Source: Candidatus Latescibacterota bacterium
GTDB lineage: Bacteria > Latescibacterota > UBA2968 > UBA8231
Direction of reading: 5' to 3'
Assembly (NCBI GenBank): GCA_965221775.1
Contig: CBDCSU010000006.1
Span: forward strand, 1,056,001-1,120,000
DNA: 64,000 nucleotides
Part shown: piece by piece, positions 58,735 through 64,000 of the stretch
How positions within the stretch are numbered: the first letter of the stretch is position 1
Layout: the number at the start of each line of letters is the position of its first letter
Notes under the pieces: generated by a model
The model's input: only the letters and a program-made list of their open reading frames with translations
The model's database searches: none
Told to the model about the DNA's origin: nothing
Program-made: the position numbers and the translations under genes

Positions 58735-61161
58735 CTACTTCATCAGCATCATCTTGCGCATCGCCGCGTGGCCGGGCTGCACCAGGCGATACAGGTAGAC
58801 GCCCGTTCCCACGGCGCGGCCGTCGTCGTCGGTGCCGTCCCAGGAGTATACGTGGTCCCCGGGGACGAGGCCTTCCCACGCCTCGACGAGCACCCGCCGC
58901 CCGGTCAGGTCGTAGATCTCCAGGCGCACCGGCTGCGGGCCGAATCCGCCGGCGACGGTGATGCGGATGGTGGTCTCCGCGTTGAAGGGGTTCGGCGTGT
59001 TCTGGTGCAGCACCGCGGTCTCCGGCAGGGCCGGCCCCCGCAGCCGCCAGGCCTGTCCCTCGGCGACGACGATCATCTCCTTCTGGAGGGAGGCGAAGCT
59101 CTCGAGCTCAGCCGGCGCGGCCAGCGCGGTGGCGTGCTCCATCACCGGATCGCCGGGGGTGTACTCGGAGTCGATCCACACGCCATCGCTCAGGTGGAAG
59201 TCTCTGTCGAACCAGGAGGCGGTGGCAAGCACCTCCTCGATCCCGGTGGTGGCATAGCCACCGCCGCCGCCCACCGCCTCGTCGGAGACCCCCTGGGGCA
59301 GGGGCACGGGCTGCCCCACGCTGACCACCTCGGTGCCGTCGTTGCGCACCACCCGGTCGACGGCGACGAAGGAGGTGTAGGCGGTGAGCAGGTTGTAGGT
59401 CAGGCCCAACTCCAGGATGTGGCTCTTCACCCTGTCCTCCAACCCCAATCCCGCGTAGTCGCCCAGGGTGGCGATGAGCCGGCGCGCCCAGAGATAGCGC
59501 AGGGCCGAGTTGGACTCCTCGGGCGTCACCTCGGAGACGTCGATGTCGATGCCGTACTCGCCCTGTCCCGTATGCCCTCGCAGCGACACCGTGCCCTGGC
59601 GATCGCCCCGCCACTTCCCGTAGACCAGGACCGGGCGCTCCGCCAGCAGGTCCGGGATGGAGACCGGCTCCACCTCGTAGATATCGAAGCCCTCGGCGGA
59701 GAAGGTCGTCCCCGAGAGGACCGGCGTGCGGATGTACTCCCGGAACCGGTTCGCGGTCTCCTGCGCCTCGGACTCCTCGGTGACGACGAAGGGCTCGCCC
59801 GAACCCATGCGGGCCATGCCCTCGATGAGGAAGCGGTTGACGCCGGAGCCGATGCCGAAGGCGAAGACGTTGGCATCGCCGAGGTTTTCCCGGATCAGGT
59901 CGAAGACCCGCGCCTCCACCGTGATGTACCCGTCGGTGGCGATCACGATGGAACGGGATGTCGTCTCGCCTGGCCGGGGCAGATCGATGGCCCGACGGAG
60001 GGCCTGCGAGAGCCGGGTCCCGCCCCCGCCTTGCTGGCCATCGATGACTTCGAGAGCCCGCTCCACGTTCTCGCTCGACGCGGGGAGGGACTCCGGGGAG
60101 AGCACGCTGGAACCGTAGGCGAAGAGCAGCACGTTGAAGTGATCGGTGGGGCGGAGCGGCTCGATCAGGTCTCTCAGCAGCGCCTTCGACACGTCCAGTG
60201 GATAGCCGTGCATCGAGCCGGAGACGTCGACGACGAAGATGTACTCCCTCGGGGGGATCTCGTCCTCGAGGACGCGCTCGGGCGGCTGACCCATGAAGAG
60301 GAAGAAGCTCTCCTCCTCGCCCTCCCCCTCGTAGAGCAGCAGGCCCGACTTGATCTGGTCGCCCGCCAGCCGGTAGCGCAGGATGTAGTCCCGGTTGCCC
60401 CCGGTCCCGCCCGGATCGGACAGCTCGACCACGGCCCGGTTGGGCTCGGGATAGGTGACCTCGATGTCGTGGGAGATCGAAGAGAGGGACTGGATCGGCA
60501 CCCCCGTCCTCAGCTCCACGTCGATGTCGAAACCGTAGATCGCCGGCTCCCCCTCGCGGGTGTACGGCGACGCCACGAACAGGTCCCTGTGGTCGACCTC
60601 GGCCAAGGGGATCTCGGAGTACCGCGGCCCGACGACGGTGGGATAGACGAACTCGTACTCGCCCTTCGTGGGCACCAGGGTCTCGGTGTATCTCAACTCG
60701 ACGAGGATCCGGTCCCCCGGCAGGATGTTACCCAACGTCATCTGGAAGACGTTGGGCCTCTGCTGCTCCAGGAGCGAGGCCGTGTAGCCCTCTTCGATCG
60801 CCTCCTCGTACTCCTGCCGCGCCTCCTCCCGTTCCCGGATCTCGGCGGTGACGACCCGCTCGCCGATGGTCATCTCCATCCCGTACACGGCCGCCTGCGT
60901 GGAGGCGGGGAAGACGTAGGTCGCCTCCAGGGGCTTGCCGCCTTCGTTGGCGTACTCCTGGCGGATCACCACGTCGGCGATGACCCCGGCGATCCGGACG
61001 CTGGCCGAGATCGACTTCATCGGCAGCTGATCCAGCTCCGGATCGTCGGTCTCGACGAAGAAGAAGGGGGAGAGGGTTTGCTCCGGCTCCGGGAACTCGT
61101 CCCCCGAGCTGTGGGAGATGAACAACGCGGGCAATAGCAGGCAGAGAATGCGGATCAGCAT
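58735..61161 (-). CDS. Secreted VIT + vWA domain protein with FlgD-Ig/sorting tail
   Basis: Signal peptide; VIT (EATYVFP), MIDAS DVSGSM, TDG; C-terminal NTPNPFN...YDLTGR...WDG...GVY. Confidence 0.88.
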   Translation of the reverse strand: MLIRILCLLLPALFISHSSGDEFPEPEQTLSPFFFVETDDPELDQLPMKSISASVRIAGVIADVVIRQEYANEGGKPLEATYVFPASTQAAVYGMEMTIGERVVTAEIREREEARQEYEEAIEEGYTASLLEQQRPNVFQMTLGNILPGDRILVELRYTETLVPTKGEYEFVYPTVVGPRYSEIPLAEVDHRDLFVASPYTREGEPAIYGFDIDVELRTGVPIQSLSSISHDIEVTYPEPNRAVVELSDPGGTGGNRDYILRYRLAGDQIKSGLLLYEGEGEEESFFLFMGQPPERVLEDEIPPREYIFVVDVSGSMHGYPLDVSKALLRDLIEPLRPTDHFNVLLFAYGSSVLSPESLPASSENVERALEVIDGQQGGGGTRLSQALRRAIDLPRPGETTSRSIVIATDGYITVEARVFDLIRENLGDANVFAFGIGSGVNRFLIEGMARMGSGEPFVVTEESEAQETANRFREYIRTPVLSGTTFSAEGFDIYEVEPVSIPDLLAERPVLVYGKWRGDRQGTVSLRGHTGQGEYGIDIDVSEVTPEESNSALRYLWARRLIATLGDYAGLGLEDRVKSHILELGLTYNLLTAYTSFVAVDRVVRNDGTEVVSVGQPVPLPQGVSDEAVGGGGGYATTGIEEVLATASWFDRDFHLSDGVWIDSEYTPGDPVMEHATALAAPAELESFASLQKEMIVVAEGQAWRLRGPALPETAVLHQNTPNPFNAETTIRITVAGGFGPQPVRLEIYDLTGRRVLVEAWEGLVPGDHVYSWDGTDDDGRAVGTGVYLYRLVQPGHAAMRKMMLMK

Positions 61162-61413
61162 GGTGTGCCTCCCAGGCAGTCGCGGAGACGGCTGTGACCG
61201 TGCCGCATGTGGCGGGCTGGCATAGCCCCGATACCTGCCTGGGAAGGGAACGCAAGAAGCGTGCCCTCAGGTTCTCACCGCGTCATCTCTCGACTGGCCC
61301 TTCCAGTTTCCTGGACAACCAGTCCCTTACAGGCCGGACTCGTCCGGTTTCCCGGACAGGTACGGCGCGAGCGCGCACGAACCGGAGGCCCGAGGCGCCC
61401 GAAGACTGGTGAT

Positions 61414-61797
61414 CTACTCCTGGGACGCGGCACCAGGGTCCCTCTGGAACATGCCCATCACGTTGCCCTCCGTGTCCCGGAAGTCGGCGAACCAGCCCAC
61501 CCCGGGGATGGCGGTGCGGGGGGTGACGATCTCACAGCCGGCCGCGGTGACCTTGGCCAGGTAGGCGTCGAGGTCGTCCACGCCGATGACGACGTGGGTG
61601 CCGCCCCCGGTGGCCATTCTCTCCCTGGGCGCCAGGGCCCCGCCGATGCCGGGCTCCTCCTGCGGTCCGGTCTCCTGCAGGTAGTACTCGTGCGGGCCCT
61701 CCCACTTGTGGGACTCCCAGCCGAAGACCTCGGCGTAGAACCGGTTGGCGCGGTCGGCGTCGTCGAAGGGCAATTCGAAGTGCACGATCTTGGGCAT
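61414..61797 (-). CDS. VOC/glyoxalase family protein
   Basis: IVHFEL, FYAEVFGW, DTEGN; AGGAGG RBS. Confidence 0.9.
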   Translation of the reverse strand: MPKIVHFELPFDDADRANRFYAEVFGWESHKWEGPHEYYLQETGPQEEPGIGGALAPRERMATGGGTHVVIGVDDLDAYLAKVTAAGCEIVTPRTAIPGVGWFADFRDTEGNVMGMFQRDPGAASQE

Positions 61798-61805
61798 GGT
61801 TCCTC

Positions 61806-62435
61806 CTAGAAGTAGACGATGGCGGTCACCTTGGACGCGAAGGCCCTGAGGTGCAGGTCCCGATCGTAGGACGGGTGCGCTGTCGACACACCGCTGCCGC
61901 TTGTGACCCATCTTCTGGAGTCACCGAAGCTGTAGCTCAGGGAAAGCCCGGTCCTGCCGCCGACGCTGATGCGCTTCAATGGAAACCAGTCGACGCCCAG
62001 TCCCAGCCCGACCCCCAGATCGATCATGGATGTGGAGGACTCCCTGTGATCTGCCCTGGAGCCCGAGAAGCCGCCGAGGCCCTGGCCGTAGACATAGGCA
62101 GCGATCCCGTCGCGCAGAGGCCGATAGCGCTTCAAGGTGGGACGAAACTCCAGACTCAGGCGTTGGTAGCGCAGGTCGCTCCGGCCCGGACTCTCGTAAT
62201 CGCTCTCGAGCCGGCTCCAGTAGAGGCTCGCCTCCAGGCCCAGGGCGGTGTAAGGGGAGTGCACCTTCCACACGCTGAAGCTGCCGCCTTCGCCGTTGTG
62301 CAGGTCAAAGCCCAGGGCCCGGGTCCCCCGCTCGGCCAGGGGACCCTGGGGAGAGGGGTGGGCCGCAACGCCGGTGGCGCCGGCCAGCAGGGCGATGGCG
62401 CCGAGGCGGAAATGGCGGCAGGTCAGCAGTCTCAT
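61806..62435 (-). CDS. Putative outer-membrane beta-barrel protein
   Basis: Signal peptide, alternating strands, GLGVDWFP, terminal VYF. Confidence 0.65.
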   Translation of the reverse strand: MRLLTCRHFRLGAIALLAGATGVAAHPSPQGPLAERGTRALGFDLHNGEGGSFSVWKVHSPYTALGLEASLYWSRLESDYESPGRSDLRYQRLSLEFRPTLKRYRPLRDGIAAYVYGQGLGGFSGSRADHRESSTSMIDLGVGLGLGVDWFPLKRISVGGRTGLSLSYSFGDSRRWVTSGSGVSTAHPSYDRDLHLRAFASKVTAIVYF

Positions 62436-62594
62436 GATGGGCTCCGTCGAGGTTGGCCGGCGCGCCCTCCCCGGAGGAGGCGAAGCGGCCCCCTGCAGCT
62501 TCAGGGAATGAAGCCTCTCCCTCCCTGTCGGTAGAGGCAGAGTGGGAATATACTCGTCGAGGCCCGAAGGCGTTTCCGCCACCCGGACAGGCAG

Positions 62595-63272
62595 ATGAGC
62601 CACTCCGTACGGCGCCACCTGCGCGTCGAGATCGAAGCCTACGACCGCACCATCCGCGCCTTCATCCCCGCGTACGAGGAGATGCTGGAGAGGGCTGCCG
62701 GCGCCGTTGCGGAATCGCGCCCGGCAAGGGTGATCGACCTCGGCGCCGGCACCGGCGCCCTGGCGCAGGCCGTCCTGCAGCGGTGCGAGGAAGCCTCCGT
62801 CGAGCTCATCGACGCCGACGCCGAGATGCTCGACCAGGCCCGCGAGAGGCTCGCGCCCTTCGCATCGCGGGTCAGCTATTCGGTCCGCCCCTTCCAGGGG
62901 CCGCTGCCGGCGTGCGACGCGGTGGTCGCCTCCCTGGCCCTGCACCACGTGCCCACCCTGGCCGGGAAACGGGAGATCTTCGCCGCCATCCACGCCGCCC
63001 TGCCCACCGGCGGGGTGTTCGTCAACGCCGACGCCACCATGCCCGCCGACCCCGCCGCCCGGCAGGCCGACTACGAGACCTGGGCCGCCCACCTCGTCTC
63101 CTGCGGCATCGAGGAGGAGCAGGCGTGGCGCCACTTCCAGGAGTGGTCGGGCGAGGACACCTACTTCCCGCTGGAGGAGGAGCTGGCCGCCCTCGAGGAG
63201 GCCGGCTTCGACGCGGACTGCCTGTGGCGGGCGGTGCCGCAGGCGGTGGTGAGGGCCGTCAAGCGGCTGTAA
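62595..63272 (+). CDS. Class I SAM-dependent methyltransferase
   Basis: IDLGAGTG, ASLALHH, GGVFVNAD. Confidence 0.9.
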   Translation: MSHSVRRHLRVEIEAYDRTIRAFIPAYEEMLERAAGAVAESRPARVIDLGAGTGALAQAVLQRCEEASVELIDADAEMLDQARERLAPFASRVSYSVRPFQGPLPACDAVVASLALHHVPTLAGKREIFAAIHAALPTGGVFVNADATMPADPAARQADYETWAAHLVSCGIEEEQAWRHFQEWSGEDTYFPLEEELAALEEAGFDADCLWRAVPQAVVRAVKRL

Positions 63273-63362
63273 GGTCCGGCAGGACCACCACCTTGACCCT
63301 GGCGCCGGCGAGGCGCTTCTATCTCCCGCCGCATCTCCCCCAACCCAGGAGGATCGATCATC

Positions 63363-63728
63363 ATGGCCATGTCCCTTCACAAGTCGGCGGAGTGGAAGAC
63401 CGGCCTGCGCACCTACTTCGAGTACCGCGACCTCGGCGCCGTCGAGGCGACCAAGGGCCAACTGCTCGTCCACGTCATCCGCGCCACCGAACCTTGCAGC
63501 GGTCCGGGCGGCTATCACTCCCACGATCTCGAGTTCCAGATGAACTACGTGCTGCGCGGCTGGACCCGGGTCGAGTTCCAGGACATCGGCGAGGTGCGCT
63601 TCGAGGCCGGCGACAGCTGGCACCAGGACCCCGGGGTCCCGCACGAGGTGCTGGAGTTCTCCGAAGACTTCGAGGTCATCGAGATCTGCATGCCGGCGGA
63701 ATTCCCCACCAAGGACGAGCAACGCTGA
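63363..63728 (+). CDS. Cupin domain protein
   Basis: YHSHDLEFQMNYVLRG, PGVPHE. Confidence 0.85.
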   Translation: MAMSLHKSAEWKTGLRTYFEYRDLGAVEATKGQLLVHVIRATEPCSGPGGYHSHDLEFQMNYVLRGWTRVEFQDIGEVRFEAGDSWHQDPGVPHEVLEFSEDFEVIEICMPAEFPTKDEQR

Positions 63729-64000
63729 CCCCGGGAAGAAGACTGGACGGCCAGGTCGCGGCCGTCACCGGCGGTGCGTCCGGCATCGGCGAAGCCGCGG
63801 TGCGGCGCTTCGTGGAGGAGGGCGCGCGGGTGGCCTTTGCCGACCGGGACGGCCCCCGCGGCGCGTGCGTCGCCGGAGAGATCGAGGCCGGCGGCGGGGA
63901 GGCGCTGTTCGTGGAGGCCCGCATGGACCGCGAAGCCGAGGCCGCCGCCTTCATCCGGCGAGCGGCGGATCACTTCGGTCGGCTCGACATCCTCGTGAAC
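63725..64000 (+). CDS. SDR family oxidoreductase, truncated by the window end (not in the ORF track)
   Basis: Frame reads RLDGQVAAVTGGASGIGEAAVRRFVEEGARV...FGRLDILVN; the only nearby start candidate is CTG. Confidence 0.85.
   Translation, partial: MTPGRRLDGQVAAVTGGASGIGEAAVRRFVEEGARVAFADRDGPRGACVAGEIEAGGGEALFVEARMDREAEAAAFIRRAADHFGRLDILVN

Overview
High-GC bacterial chromosome segment. Two secreted proteins with C-terminal 'PNPFN' FlgD-Ig/sorting-type tails suggest an FCB-group host such as a Latescibacterota-like lineage (inference). From left to right: (1) the 3' end of a DUF1998-type helicase; (2) a complete-looking N-methylglutamate (methylamine) pathway with mgsA, a fused mgsB-mgsC, an extra GltD-like/FMN-barrel fusion, an XRE-cupin regulator, sarcosine-oxidase-like mgdABCD and gmaS; (3) an XRE-ImmA/IrrE gene, a frameshifted PemK/MazF toxin and an orphan DNA methyltransferase; (4) catabolic and secreted enzymes, an ABC-ATPase/DUF4276 pair, a UbiD decarboxylase and a decayed antitoxin; (5) tRNA-Glu(TTC) followed by a visibly lower-GC island (about 42978-54600); (6) ordinary accessory genes. 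The island is full of broken genes (integrase, IS481 pieces, phosphotransferase) but keeps an intact six-gene block: DUF6884/YaaA-like, small hypothetical, PIN nuclease, winged-helix-like protein, P-loop ATPase and a TGT/DpdA-like guanine transglycosylase. A split nucleoside-deoxyribosyltransferase-like locus lies just upstream. This block is the best candidate for an undescribed deazaguanine-linked defence or modification system. All family calls come from motifs read by eye; no database searches were run.
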